The notes under the pieces are model-generated. The model made no database searches. It saw only the letters and a program-made list of their open reading frames with translations, and was not told the origin of the DNA. Position numbers and translations under genes: made by a program. A stretch of 58,306 nucleotides of DNA from assembly GCA_052144055.1 (NCBI GenBank), contig JBKQRF010000172.1:1-58306 (forward strand), in the 5' to 3' direction. Shown here piece after piece: positions 18,907 through 29,116 of the stretch. Numbering within the stretch: the first letter of the stretch is position 1; each line of letters opens with the position of its first letter. Source of the DNA: Candidatus Limnocylindrales bacterium. Lineage in GTDB: Bacteria > Chloroflexota > Limnocylindria > Limnocylindrales > CSP1-4.

Positions 18907-20823
18907 CTACTGCGGATTGCTGACACTGATAATGGCGCGGAACGTCTTCGTGGATCCACTGGCCCCGTACACGACAACCAGCCGATCGAACGGCAGCAGA
19001 TAGGGTTGCACGTTGGCGTCGTAAGCCGATTGCTCGCTCGCGGGCATCGCCGACTCGGCAGCAGCACGGATCGCACGAAGATCGAAGTAGGCGAAGCCGG
19101 TCGTGGCCGGCCCTCCAGCCGAGGCGAGAGCATCGGCGAACGCGGGGGTGGACCCCAAGCTCTGCGCTGTGGACTGGTCGAGGAGCGCCGCCACCACGTC
19201 CTGACCGAGCCCTAAGATGAAGCGACCGTCAGCGAGCGTCCAGCTCACAGCAATCGGGGTGGTGGTGCTGCCTGCGACGCCAATAGAGCCGGGTAGTGAC
19301 AGCGACGACGACGCGATCGAGAGAGTGGTGATGGTGGCCGTCCCGTGCCGGGTATCAGAGAGAGAGAGTCCGCCGGCCCCGCCCAGGGACGCAAGTCCGA
19401 TCAGAGACCGGAGTTGTCCGAGCCGCCGAGTGGCCAGCGCGGGATCCGTGACGGAGGCCAGCAGCGCGACGCGCGGCACGTAGACCGAACTCGTCGGTGC
19501 GTCCACGACGATGCCCGTGTCCCCCATCCAGGTGACAAACGACTCCAGCTGGGCGCCGAGCAACCCCTCGACGTGCCCGAGCCCGACGGAACTCCCGCCG
19601 ACCGTGGCAGAGAGGGCAGCCCTGATCCGCGTCAACAGGCAGGCCAGTGCAGTGCCGGCGTCGTGGGTCTCAAGGTAGGCCAGCGCGGTTCCAGGGACGT
19701 GGTCGACGAGCGTCGACGAGCGCGGGGCGACAGGCGCCACGCCTGACGGCGCCTGGGCTCGCAGGTCAGCCACGAGCCGATCCGACTCCGCCTGCACGGT
19801 CCCGTAGGCACTGGCCGGGAAGGCCTGTGTCATGCAGGCGGTGAGCGCAGACGCGACCGGCGACGCGGTCGCGACCCTCGACACGGGCGCCTGCATATCC
19901 CGCTCAAGCGCATCGGTGGACACATAGACCGCCGCCAGGTCGCTCGCAGCGGCCCCGGCTGTGGCATCTCTGTACGCCTGGGAGCCTTCGAGACTGGCGA
20001 CTCTCCCAGCTTTCACGTCCAGCAGCGTCCCAATTGTGGCCGGGTCACTGGCGGCGACGAACGTCCCCGGCAGCAGGGCGACGCTGATGCTGCCCTCACC
20101 CCGCCCGGCGGGCGCACCCGAGGTCACGCCCAACCCGCGCGCGGGCAACCGGAACGTCCACTCGGTGGCTCCGGCGATGGTCGTCCTCGTGGGCGCGTCG
20201 CCCGCCGAGCGCGCCGCCGCGACGAGCTTGTCGAACACGGCCTGCGCCTTGTCCTGATCGGCAACGGCGACAAGTGCAACCGCACGTGGAGCCGACGGCG
20301 TGGCTCCGGGGAGCACGGCGATGCCGATGGTCCCCTGGATCCACGGTGCCACGTCGGCCGAGTACGTGAAGGGATTGCCCGGGACGGCGGCCAACAGGCG
20401 GTCCCAGGTGTCGTCGAGCTTGGTTTCGAGGTTCGACGTGTCGGAGAAACCGGGGAAGTGCGACAGGAACGAGGCGAGGGCAATCCCCTGGTCGCCGGGC
20501 GCGTCGAGGCGGCCCTCGGCGTAGACGATCGCGTTCGATGGCACGTAGCCGAGGGTCGGTGAGGTGCCGGCCCCGCGGGTGATCGCGATCCCAGCGCCCG
20601 CGACAGCCCCCACCACCACAACCGTGACCGCCATCGCGACCCACCAGCGCCATGGACGCGGGCGCGCCGCACTGACGGTCGGATCTGGTAGCCCAGGAGT
20701 GACCGTCCAGCCGCCCGGGGCGGGCCCTTCGGAAGGGTCCAGCCCGAGATATCGCGGCTCTGGGCTGCCCCTGAGCCCAGTGTCAGCAAGGTCGCGGACG
20801 TCAGCCGGGCGTTCGTCTGTCAT
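18907..20823 (-). CDS. membrane-anchored protein of unknown function, DUF3352-like architecture
   Basis: This 638-aa ORF has good GC3 bias. It has a single N-terminal TM (WWVAMAVTVVVVGAVAGAGIAI) followed by a large Ala/Gly/Thr-rich extracytoplasmic region. The YVPSNAIVYAEGRLDAPGDQGIALASFLSHFPGF opening resembles DUF3352 proteins, recalled from memory and not searched. Its ATG overlaps the ffh TGA (ATGA). Confidence 0.6.
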   Translation of the reverse strand: MTDERPADVRDLADTGLRGSPEPRYLGLDPSEGPAPGGWTVTPGLPDPTVSAARPRPWRWWVAMAVTVVVVGAVAGAGIAITRGAGTSPTLGYVPSNAIVYAEGRLDAPGDQGIALASFLSHFPGFSDTSNLETKLDDTWDRLLAAVPGNPFTYSADVAPWIQGTIGIAVLPGATPSAPRAVALVAVADQDKAQAVFDKLVAAARSAGDAPTRTTIAGATEWTFRLPARGLGVTSGAPAGRGEGSISVALLPGTFVAASDPATIGTLLDVKAGRVASLEGSQAYRDATAGAAASDLAAVYVSTDALERDMQAPVSRVATASPVASALTACMTQAFPASAYGTVQAESDRLVADLRAQAPSGVAPVAPRSSTLVDHVPGTALAYLETHDAGTALACLLTRIRAALSATVGGSSVGLGHVEGLLGAQLESFVTWMGDTGIVVDAPTSSVYVPRVALLASVTDPALATRRLGQLRSLIGLASLGGAGGLSLSDTRHGTATITTLSIASSSLSLPGSIGVAGSTTTPIAVSWTLADGRFILGLGQDVVAALLDQSTAQSLGSTPAFADALASAGGPATTGFAYFDLRAIRAAAESAMPASEQSAYDANVQPYLLPFDRLVVVYGASGSTKTFRAIISVSNPQ

Positions 20824-22145
20824 CGTCCGAACGGCAGGGCGGGCCGCCGCCCCCCCTGCCTCTGCACGATTCGCATGACCCGCTGCATCTCGGAGAACTG
20901 CTTGACCAGCCGGTTCACGTCCACCGTGGCCGTACCGGATCCCGTCGCGATCCGCCGTCGCCGGGACGCGTTCAGGATGGACGGGTCCGCTCGTTCGGCC
21001 CGCGTCATGGACTGGATGATCGCCTCGACTCGCTTGAGCTCCCCTCGATCAACCGCCCCCTGCGCCTGCTTCGCAAGGCCGCGCATACCGGGGACCAGCT
21101 CGAGCACCTGCCCGATGGGGCCCATCTTCCTCATCTGCTGCATCTGCTGCAGGAAATCATCGAGGGTGAACGCGTTGCGGCGGAGCTTCTCAGCCGCCTT
21201 CTCCGCCGCGCTCGCGTCGAACGTTTCCTGGGCTCGCTCGATAAGCGTGAGCATGTCGCCCATTCCCAGAATTCGGCTGGCCAGACGGTCCGGATGGAAC
21301 GGCTCGAGCGCGTCCGTCTTCTCGCCCGTGCCGAGGAACTTCACGGCCAACCCGCTGACCGCACCGATCGAGAGCGCTGCGCCCCCGCGCGCATCGCCAT
21401 CGATCTTGGTCAGCACGAGCCCGGTCAATGGAACGGCGGCGGCGAATGCTTGCGCGACGTTCACGGCTTCTTGGCCTGCCATAGCGTCGACGACCAGCAG
21501 GGTTTCGCTGGGCTTCACCGCGGCCGAGAGCTGTCGAATCTCATCCATCAGCGCCTCGTCCACAGTCAGCCGGCCCGCGGTATCAAGGATCACCACATCG
21601 CGTCCTGTCCGCTTCGCCTGCGCCACGCCGTGCTCGGCAATATGGACGACGGTCGTGCCCTCGGGCGCCGAGTAGACAGGGATGGCCAGACTGCGCCCAA
21701 GCTGCTCGAGCTGGTCCACCGCGGCCGGCCGGTATGGGTCCGCCGCGACCATGAGCGGCTGACGGCCCTGCTTTACGAGGTACCGCCCGAGCTTCGCCGC
21801 CGACGTGGTCTTGCCGGACCCCTGCAGGCCCACAAGCGCAACGACCGCAGGCTGGCCCGTGAGGCGAAACGTCCGGTCGCCACGGCCGAGCAACGCAGTG
21901 AGTTCTTCGTTGACGATCTTGATAACCTGCTGACCGGCATTCAAGCTCTGCAGGATCTCGGCACCAACGGCGCGTTCACGAACGCGAGCCACAAAATCCT
22001 TGACGACCCGGTAGTTGACATCCGCCTCAAGCAGCGCGAGCCGCACCTCGCGCATCGCGGCGTCGACGTCTGCTTCCGTGACATGGCCGCGACCGGTCAA
22101 GCGACCGAGGACGTCGCGAAGGCGATCCGATAGAGCGTCGAACAC
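20820..22145 (-). CDS. ffh: signal recognition particle protein Ffh
   Basis: VFDALSDRLRDVLGRL, LVGLQGSGKTTSAAKL, DTAGRL and the M domain are present. Start is GTG 22145 with AGGAG upstream. Confidence 0.97.
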   Translation of the reverse strand: MFDALSDRLRDVLGRLTGRGHVTEADVDAAMREVRLALLEADVNYRVVKDFVARVRERAVGAEILQSLNAGQQVIKIVNEELTALLGRGDRTFRLTGQPAVVALVGLQGSGKTTSAAKLGRYLVKQGRQPLMVAADPYRPAAVDQLEQLGRSLAIPVYSAPEGTTVVHIAEHGVAQAKRTGRDVVILDTAGRLTVDEALMDEIRQLSAAVKPSETLLVVDAMAGQEAVNVAQAFAAAVPLTGLVLTKIDGDARGGAALSIGAVSGLAVKFLGTGEKTDALEPFHPDRLASRILGMGDMLTLIERAQETFDASAAEKAAEKLRRNAFTLDDFLQQMQQMRKMGPIGQVLELVPGMRGLAKQAQGAVDRGELKRVEAIIQSMTRAERADPSILNASRRRRIATGSGTATVDVNRLVKQFSEMQRVMRIVQRQGGRRPALPFGR

Positions 22146-22244
22146 GGGCGGAGTCCTGCTCCTAGTGACGGTCCCGGGCCGGGCGTCGTGGCGGTGCGCG
22201 GATTCTGGCAACACCGAGGCGCCGGCGGATGCCGGCAACCAGGA

Positions 22245-22253
22245 AGTTTAGCC
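22245..22253 (-). promoter_or_regulatory. weak candidate -10 element (GGCTAAACT) upstream of ffh
   Basis: AAAGGCTAAACTTCC lies in the 210-nt ftsY-ffh gap. It has no TG extension. Confidence 0.2.
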
Positions 22254-22356
22254 TTTCGCATCGGCGATGTCGCGTCCGTCCGGCCAGCGTTTCATGAACG
22301 CTCGCCCGCCCGGCGTGATGCGCGCCGGTCGGTCGATCGCTACAGCCATGTTTCGA

Positions 22357-23547
22357 TCAGGCGAAGAGCGCTTCGACGAACGCAGCCGGGTTAAAGTTGA
22401 CCAGATCTGAGACGCCCTCGCCGACGCCGGCGAAGACAACGGGCACGCCGAGCGCCTCCTCGATGGCAAACACGATCCCGCCCTTGGCGGTCGAGTCAAG
22501 CTTGGTGAGCACGATGCCCGTCAGCCGGCTCGCCTCGTGGAACGCTTTCGCCTGAGCCAACCCATTCTGGCCGGTAGTGGCGTCGAGCACGAACAAGACT
22601 TCGGGGGTCGCGCCAGGCAGACGTTTGTCGATCGTGCGCCGGATTTTCGCGAGCTCCTCCATCAGGTTGTGGCGCGTGTGTAAGCGCCCGGCCGTATCGA
22701 CGATCACGACGTCGGCGCGGCGCGCCACGGCCGCGTCAAGCGCGTCGAAAACGACGGCCGACGGGTCGGCGCCGGCCTTATGGGCAACCAGTGGGAGCCG
22801 GAGCCGATCCGCCCAGGACTGCAGCTGCTCGGTGGCGGCCGCACGAAACGTGTCGGCCGCGGCGAGGATGACCGAGTCCCCCTCTGCGGAGAGGCGCGCC
22901 GCGATCTTGGCGATTGAGGTCGTCTTTCCTGTCCCGTTGACACCCACGACAAGCACGACGGCCGGTTCCCTCGGATCCGGCCGCACGGGACGCCAAGGAC
23001 CGGAGGCGCCGGGCGGTAGGAGGCGCTCGAGCTCGGCGCGAACTGCGGACTCCGGCCCACCGGGGCTACGACGACTCCGAGCCCGCGACACGACGTCCAT
23101 CGCGAGACGAGCGCCGACGTCGCCGGCGATCAGGGTCTCCTCGACCTGCTCCCACGTCTCCTCGTCGGCCACCCCGGACCGCAGGATCCCATGGAGGCGG
23201 GCCATGAACCCGCTGCGGCTCGCCGCCACGCCGTCGCCAATGGACGCCGAGCGAGCGGACTCCTGGGCGCTCACCGCTTCCGGCGTGACGGGCGTGAAGC
23301 GGGTCGGCGAGGGCCCGCCGCCGGATCCCCAGAAGCCAGCGGGTCGGGAAAGGCCCGCCTGCACCGGAGTCAGCGGCAGGGAGCCATCCAGGCGCGGTGC
23401 GTCCGGGCGAGGATCGTCCGGCGTAGCGCTCTGCTGCCGCGTCTCCACGGCCGATCCGTCCGTTGCGTCGGCAGGAGCCGGCCCGTCCACTTCGGTCGGC
23501 GCCTGCACGTCCGGCCCCTCGTCGCGCCTCGTTCGTCTCCAGAACAT
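22357..23547 (-). CDS. ftsY: signal recognition particle receptor FtsY
   Basis: VVLVVGVNGTGKTTSIAKIA, DTAGRLH and LTKLDSTAKGG are present. Start is ATG 23547 (MFWRRTRRDE). Confidence 0.95.
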   Translation of the reverse strand: MFWRRTRRDEGPDVQAPTEVDGPAPADATDGSAVETRQQSATPDDPRPDAPRLDGSLPLTPVQAGLSRPAGFWGSGGGPSPTRFTPVTPEAVSAQESARSASIGDGVAASRSGFMARLHGILRSGVADEETWEQVEETLIAGDVGARLAMDVVSRARSRRSPGGPESAVRAELERLLPPGASGPWRPVRPDPREPAVVLVVGVNGTGKTTSIAKIAARLSAEGDSVILAAADTFRAAATEQLQSWADRLRLPLVAHKAGADPSAVVFDALDAAVARRADVVIVDTAGRLHTRHNLMEELAKIRRTIDKRLPGATPEVLFVLDATTGQNGLAQAKAFHEASRLTGIVLTKLDSTAKGGIVFAIEEALGVPVVFAGVGEGVSDLVNFNPAAFVEALFA

Positions 23548-23572
23548 GCCCCGGCCATACCTCCCAGACGGG

Positions 23573-26500
23573 CTAGACGGCAGCGGCCTCCTGAACGACG
23601 GCCCGCGCCTCTTCGAGACGGAGCGAGACCACCCGGCTGACGGCATCGTCGCCGATCGTCACGCCATACAGAGCGTCCGCGGCCTCGATCGTACCGCGGT
23701 TGTGCGTGATGACGATGCACTGCGTGCGTGAGGCAAGCTCGCGCAGGGCCTCCGTGAATCGCCCCACGTTCGCCTCGTCCAGCGCTGCATCCACCTCGTC
23801 CAGGACGCAGAAAGGTACCGGCCGCACCTCCAGCATTGCGAAGAGCAGCGCGACCGCGGTCAGCGCCCGCTCGCCGCCGGACAGCATGGCGAGCGGCTGG
23901 CGCCTCTTACCGGGCGGTTGCGCCATGATCTCCACGCCGGTTGCGTCGAGGTCCGCTGGATCGGTCAGGCTGAGCCCGGCTACCCCCCCGCCGAAGAGCT
24001 GGGTGAAGCGGCGCCCGAACGCATCCTCAAGCGCGGCGAACGTGGCGTGAAACTGCTCAGCGATGAGCCGGTCCAGCTCGACGATCATCCCCCGTGTCGA
24101 GCGGATCGCGCGCTCCAGGTCCTCACGGTGGGATTCCAAGCCGTCCAGCCGGGACCGCACTTCGGCGTACTCCTCGACCGCGAGCGGATTGCCGGCGCCC
24201 ACCTCGTGGAACCGCCGGCGCAGGCTCGCGAGCCGGGAAGCGGACGGAGATTCCGGGGGCGGCGGCTGCCTCGCCCAGCGCACATCGGCGGCATCGAGGG
24301 CCGCTTCGAGCGCCACCGCCGGATCGCGCTCGACGTCTGCGTCCCGGCCGGACACCCGGGTTTCGCCGGCGGGCGGCGCCACGGCCGACAGTGCCGACAG
24401 GCCGACTGGCCCGAGCGACGCGAGCTCCACAAGCACCTGCTCGCGCGTCGCCTCGAGAGCGACCCGCGCCTCTAGTTCAGCCATCTCTGCCGCCCTCACC
24501 GCGCCGTCCAGATCCTGCAGCCGTGCGCGATGTCCTGAGGCCGCCTGCTCGGCCTGTGCTAGCTCGTCGCGCTCCCCTCCGCCTGCCGCGAGCAGGGTGG
24601 CGAGCGACTCGCGAGCTGCGCCTTCCCGCTCCGCCAGCGCCGACACCTCGGCCCCAACGCGGGCACAGTCAGCCGACGATTGCTCAAGCGCGGCTGCCAC
24701 CGTCGACGCTTCCTCGGCGATCGCCTCGAGGCGCGCCTCGTCGAACGCGAGCGTCGCTTCGGCGCGGTTCCGCGCATCCTCCGCACGCCGCTGTTCCGCA
24801 GCGCGCTCCTGGGCAACACCGGCCAAGCGGTCCCGTCGCCGACGGACCTCCTCCACTCGCCGCTCCCACGCGGAGGCTGCGGACGTGTCTGGCTGGTCGG
24901 GTCCGAGCCCGACGATTGTGGGCCGTGCCGCAGTCTCCACTTCCACTGTCTCCAGTGCCGTGGTTGCACGGGTCAAGTCTCCCCGCATTCGCTCCACCTG
25001 CGCGCGCTCCCAAGCCAACTCCCGCCCGGCCGCCTCGGCGGCGCGCCCGGCAGCGCGCTCCGCCTCGTCCGCCGACCTGCGGGCACGCCTGGCTGCGTCG
25101 GCCTCCTGCAGCGCCGCATCCCTCGCATCACGCGCCGCGGTGGCCAGGCGCTGAGCCTGATCACGATCGCGGGCCGTGGAGCCCTCCGCGTCCGCCAGCC
25201 GGTCCACCTCTTCGGCCAGCGCCTCGCGCTCGGCGCGCCGTTCAAGCAGCCCGCCTCCACCGCCCAGGGCGACGATCCCCGCTGCCGTGACCAGATCTCC
25301 GTCTCGACTCACCGCCGACCAGCCGATGGGCAACGACGCGGCCACGGTCAGCGCATCTTCGAGCTTGGGAGTCCAGACGGTGGTCTCCAGTAGCCGCGTG
25401 ACAACACCGCCGGGATCACGACGGATGCCACCCGTCAGCGCGCCGCCGCCGGCGGCCGCGGCGGCGCTGCGCGCCCGATCCGACTCCCGGTCCATCGGGG
25501 GCGGCGATGCTGGGTCGGACAACACCACCAGCCCGCGTTCACCCCGAAGGCCTGGCACCCGGTCACGTACCAGCGCGGCCGCCCGCACAGCGTCGCCCAG
25601 GGCGGCCTCCACGGCCGTGCGGAGCCCAGGCTCCACGTCCAGCCCCTCGTCCAGGCGCGTCCCGCCGCGGCGCTGGGCAGCCTGCGTGATGGCCAGCCCC
25701 TCGTCCGCAGCGATCCAGTCTGTCACCGACGCCAGTCGCCGGCGAGCGCCCTCCAGGTTGGCGGACGCGGTCTCAGCCGCGGCCCGGCGCTCTCGCCACC
25801 TCGCGTCGGCCACCTCGGCCGCTAGCCGCTGTGACGTCTCACGGCCTTCCGCCTCCCACTCCCCCGCGACCGCTGTCAGCTGCAGCCGCCGGGCCTCGTC
25901 CCACCGCTCACCGGCCCAGCTCGCGGCCTCCTGCGCCCGAGCCGCGCGCGATTCCTGCTCACCGAGCGCCCTGCGTGTCTCGTCCAGACGACGCCGGGCC
26001 ACGTCCAGGTCGGCGACCCGTGCAGCGTCGGCCCAGCGAATCGCCGCCTCCCGGTCGCCCGATACGCGCGCCGCGACCCGTGCCTGCGCCAGCTCAGCGA
26101 GCGCCTCGGCAAGGGCGCGCTCGGCCTCGACGAATTCGCGCGCCTCCACGGGGTTGGCCGGTACGATCGGGGTGGCGGCGGCTCGCCGCGACGCCCCGAC
26201 GCGGGCCTCCGTCTGTGCACGTTCCGCGGTCAGTCGACGGCGATCGCGCGACAGAGATTCGAGCGCTGACTCGGCCCGGCCCTGCTCGAGCCGCGCGGTC
26301 GTGAGCGCACCCGTGAGCGCCTCGAGCTCGGCCCGCAGGGCGCGCTCCCCCGCTGCGCGCTCAGCTAGGCGGCCGACCAGCGCGGCCACGAGCGCTTCCA
26401 TCTGGCGCAGCACGTCCAGTTCCTGGGATGCCGAGCGCCGGGCCATGGCCAGACGCTCCGCCGCCTCGGCGCCTGCCCGCGCGACGGCGTACCAGCGCCC

Positions 26501-27202
26501 GTGGGCCGCCGCGACGAGCGCCTCCGCGAGCTCCCCTGCTGCAGTCCGGCGCGCGCCTTCTTGCTCCACCTGCTGAGCGAGCCGGCGCGCCTGTGGCCGC
26601 AGCTCCACGAGCACATCCCGGACGCGCGCGAGGTTCGCTTCAGCCTCGACCAGCTGGGCCTCCGCCTGGCGCCGGCGCCGCTCGTGCCGCCGCACACCAG
26701 CCACCTCTTCGAACAGGGCGCGCCGCTCCTCCGGCCTCAATGCGAGCGCCTGGTCAACCATTCCCTGGCCGATGAACAGGAACGCGTTCTCGGCGAGGTT
26801 GGCCGAGTCGAGCAGGTCGACCAAGTCGCGATGTCGCACGCGCTGGCGATTGACCAGGTAGTCGTTCTCACCAGAACGGAATAGTCGACGACCGAGGGCT
26901 ACTTCGGCGAAGTCGAGGGGCAGGAGCCCGTCGGCGTTGTCGAGCAGGAGCGTGACGTCGGCCATCCCGATCGCGCGCCGCCGTTCGGACCCCGCGAAGA
27001 TGACATCCTCTGCGCGGCGGATCCGAAGCGACCGACCCTGTCCCCCGAGCGTCCAGCGCAGCGCGTCGGCGAGGTTGCTCTTGCCGCTGCCGTTTGGACC
27101 GACGACGGCGCTGATGCCGGCCCCGAACTCAATCTCGGTGCGCTCGGCGAATGACTTGAAGCCGAGCATGCGGAGGGCGCGCAGCCGCGCTCTCGCGGTC
27201 AT
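23573..27202 (-). CDS. smc: chromosome segregation protein SMC
   Basis: It has Walker A VVGPNGSGKSN, long coiled coils, a hinge, the signature LSGGERALTAVALLFA and Walker B FCVLDEVDAALD. Start is ATG 27202. Confidence 0.95.
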   Translation of the reverse strand: MTARARLRALRMLGFKSFAERTEIEFGAGISAVVGPNGSGKSNLADALRWTLGGQGRSLRIRRAEDVIFAGSERRRAIGMADVTLLLDNADGLLPLDFAEVALGRRLFRSGENDYLVNRQRVRHRDLVDLLDSANLAENAFLFIGQGMVDQALALRPEERRALFEEVAGVRRHERRRRQAEAQLVEAEANLARVRDVLVELRPQARRLAQQVEQEGARRTAAGELAEALVAAAHGRWYAVARAGAEAAERLAMARRSASQELDVLRQMEALVAALVGRLAERAAGERALRAELEALTGALTTARLEQGRAESALESLSRDRRRLTAERAQTEARVGASRRAAATPIVPANPVEAREFVEAERALAEALAELAQARVAARVSGDREAAIRWADAARVADLDVARRRLDETRRALGEQESRAARAQEAASWAGERWDEARRLQLTAVAGEWEAEGRETSQRLAAEVADARWRERRAAAETASANLEGARRRLASVTDWIAADEGLAITQAAQRRGGTRLDEGLDVEPGLRTAVEAALGDAVRAAALVRDRVPGLRGERGLVVLSDPASPPPMDRESDRARSAAAAAGGGALTGGIRRDPGGVVTRLLETTVWTPKLEDALTVAASLPIGWSAVSRDGDLVTAAGIVALGGGGGLLERRAEREALAEEVDRLADAEGSTARDRDQAQRLATAARDARDAALQEADAARRARRSADEAERAAGRAAEAAGRELAWERAQVERMRGDLTRATTALETVEVETAARPTIVGLGPDQPDTSAASAWERRVEEVRRRRDRLAGVAQERAAEQRRAEDARNRAEATLAFDEARLEAIAEEASTVAAALEQSSADCARVGAEVSALAEREGAARESLATLLAAGGGERDELAQAEQAASGHRARLQDLDGAVRAAEMAELEARVALEATREQVLVELASLGPVGLSALSAVAPPAGETRVSGRDADVERDPAVALEAALDAADVRWARQPPPPESPSASRLASLRRRFHEVGAGNPLAVEEYAEVRSRLDGLESHREDLERAIRSTRGMIVELDRLIAEQFHATFAALEDAFGRRFTQLFGGGVAGLSLTDPADLDATGVEIMAQPPGKRRQPLAMLSGGERALTAVALLFAMLEVRPVPFCVLDEVDAALDEANVGRFTEALRELASRTQCIVITHNRGTIEAADALYGVTIGDDAVSRVVSLRLEEARAVVQEAAAV

Positions 27203-27227
27203 CCGCCTGGCCCTATGCGACGGAGCG

Positions 27228-28004
27228 TCACGAACTTGGCTCCTCGGCGGCCTGTCGGTCCGCCGAGTTGGTGTCCGAATCCAACCTAGGGGCAGGCCAG
27301 CCCGTGGCCGCGACCGCGTCCTCCAAGACCGCGAGGGCACGCTTGGCCGCCTCTGTCTCTGCGTCCCGGCGGTTGCTGCCCTCGCCCCGTCCGAGCATCC
27401 GTGCACCCACGGCCACGTCCACGACGTACTGCTTGGCGTGGTCTGGACCGACCGCGCTCACGAGCTGGTACGACGGCGGAACACCGCAGCGCACGTAGCT
27501 GATCTCCTGCAATCGGCTCTTGGGCGACTTCAGACTCGCGACTGGGATCTCCTCGTCGAGCTCGTCGGCGAGCAGCGCGATCAGCCAGGCCCGGGTGGTG
27601 GCAAAGCCCTGATCCAGGTACACGGCCGCTGCGACGGCTTCGAACGTGGCGGCCAGGACGGATGCCCGGCGTCGCTCGCCTGTCCGCTCCGCGCCCTGCC
27701 CGAGAACGATCAGCTCGTCGAGGCGGAGCCGCTGAGCGACCCGCGCCAAGGCCCGCGTCGACACAAGCGCGGCGCGGCGCGCCGTGAGGGAGCCCTCGTC
27801 CTCGCCCGGGTGGCGCTCGAACAGCGCGTCGGAGATCACGAGCGACACGACGGCGTCGCCCAGGAACTCGAGCCGTTCGTTCGAGCCCCCGGGCTCCTCG
27901 GGATGCTCGTTGGTAAAGCTGCCGTGGACCAGCGCCCGTTCCAGCAGGGCGCGATCCGTCACTGGGAGGCCAAGCCTGACTGCAAGCTCGCCTGCCCGGT
28001 CCAT
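27228..28004 (-). CDS. rnc: ribonuclease III
   Basis: NERLEFLGDAVVSLVISD is the RNase III signature, and a dsRBD occupies the C-terminal part. Confidence 0.95.
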   Translation of the reverse strand: MDRAGELAVRLGLPVTDRALLERALVHGSFTNEHPEEPGGSNERLEFLGDAVVSLVISDALFERHPGEDEGSLTARRAALVSTRALARVAQRLRLDELIVLGQGAERTGERRRASVLAATFEAVAAAVYLDQGFATTRAWLIALLADELDEEIPVASLKSPKSRLQEISYVRCGVPPSYQLVSAVGPDHAKQYVVDVAVGARMLGRGEGSNRRDAETEAAKRALAVLEDAVAATGWPAPRLDSDTNSADRQAAEEPSS

Positions 28005-28020
28005 TGCGGACGGTGTCGGG

Positions 28021-28263
28021 TTACTGTGCGCTGTGCTCGTCGATGTAATCGGCTGCGTCCTGGACCGTGCGGATCTTCTCGGCGTCCTCGTCGGAGATCT
28101 CGGTGCCGAACTCTTCCTCGAGGCTCATGATCAGCTCGACGAGGTCCAGCGAGTCCGCGTTCAGGTCGTCCACGAACGAGGCCTCGGGCTTGACCTCGTC
28201 CTCGTCGACGCCGAGCTGCTCGACGACGATCTTCTTGAGCCGCTCGTAGGTTGATGCCGTCAC
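28021..28263 (-). CDS. acpP: acyl carrier protein
   Basis: [24 protein letters not shown] contains the DSL phosphopantetheine attachment site. Start is GTG 28263 with GAGGAGG upstream. Confidence 0.95.
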   Translation of the reverse strand: MTASTYERLKKIVVEQLGVDEDEVKPEASFVDDLNADSLDLVELIMSLEEEFGTEISDEDAEKIRTVQDAADYIDEHSAQ

Positions 28264-28279
28264 CCGTCCTACCTCCTCA

Positions 28280-28780
28280 TCATGGCGGTCCCGTGCCGCC
28301 TGACCTCGACCGCCTAGACTCACGATCCCCTGCCCCCCGCACGGGTGCGGCCAATCCTGTCTCGTCCGCGATCCTTCCGAGGACACCGTTCAGGAGTCGG
28401 CGGGCAGGTTCCCCGCTGTAGGTTCTCGCGAGGCCGACCCACTCCGCAATGACCACTCGGGCCGGCGTCGCCGCGGAGTGTAGCAGTTCCCCAAGGGCCG
28501 AACGCAAGAGCGCGCGGTCGATTCTGGCGAGCTGGACGACCGGGTATGCGGGCGCGGACGCCTCGATCCGGGCGTCGATCGAGTCCCGATGCCGAACCAC
28601 GGCTTCGACGAGCGACCGGGCGTACGCGGCACTCTCGTCGTCGGCCCCGAGGTCGGAGATCTGGCGTTCCAGCGCGGCCGCGGCTGTCCGCTGCCCGAAG
28701 TCTGCCTCGAACACGGCAGCCAGTGCCAGGCGCCGCGCCGCGCGGTTCGCGGCGTGCGGGTCCGGTGCGCGGGCCGGCAC
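28280..28780 (-). CDS. nusB: transcription antitermination factor NusB
   Basis: [44 protein letters not shown] and [10 protein letters not shown] match NusB. It follows an Asp23-family gene, as in Firmicutes. Confidence 0.9.
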   Translation of the reverse strand: MPARAPDPHAANRAARRLALAAVFEADFGQRTAAAALERQISDLGADDESAAYARSLVEAVVRHRDSIDARIEASAPAYPVVQLARIDRALLRSALGELLHSAATPARVVIAEWVGLARTYSGEPARRLLNGVLGRIADETGLAAPVRGAGDRESRRSRSGGTGPP

Positions 28781-28783
28781 CCG

Positions 28784-29116
28784 TCAGCCGCCGACGCCGT
28801 CGACGAGGATCGTCACCTCGCCGAGCTCCAGCCCCAGCTGACGCTCGATGGTCTCCGCGATCACGCGGCGGAGGCGGGTCGCCAGCGTTCCGAGCGGCTC
28901 TCCCGCACGCGCGACGACGAAGAGCCGGACGTGCACCCTCCCACCGCGGAGTCGGGCCGTCACGGCGGGGCCTGCAAGCCACGCCCAGAACGCTGTACCG
29001 CCCCGCCCCACACGCAGCACCCCCGGATCGCCCTCCGCCGCCGCGCGCGCCATCGTGCCGATAACCCGGCGTCGCACCGTCAGGACCCGAGTGCCGTCGT
29101 CGTCCGTCGATGCCAT
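28784..29116 (-). CDS. Asp23/Gls24 family envelope stress protein
   Basis: VLTVRRRVIGTMARAAAEGDPGVLRV...RLRRVIAETIERQLGLELGEVTILVDGV matches the Asp23 family pattern. Confidence 0.85.
   Translation of the reverse strand: MASTDDDGTRVLTVRRRVIGTMARAAAEGDPGVLRVGRGGTAFWAWLAGPAVTARLRGGRVHVRLFVVARAGEPLGTLATRLRRVIAETIERQLGLELGEVTILVDGVGG

Noticed and set aside
22248-22349. A 33-codon ORF (MAVAIDRPARITPGGRAFMKRWPDGRDIADAKG) in the ftsY-ffh gap, as a possible ylxM replacement or small protein.
   Set aside because: It has no Shine-Dalgarno sequence and no resemblance to YlxM or any family I recognise. Its TAA coincides with a promoter-like box, and its moderate GC3 alone is insufficient.
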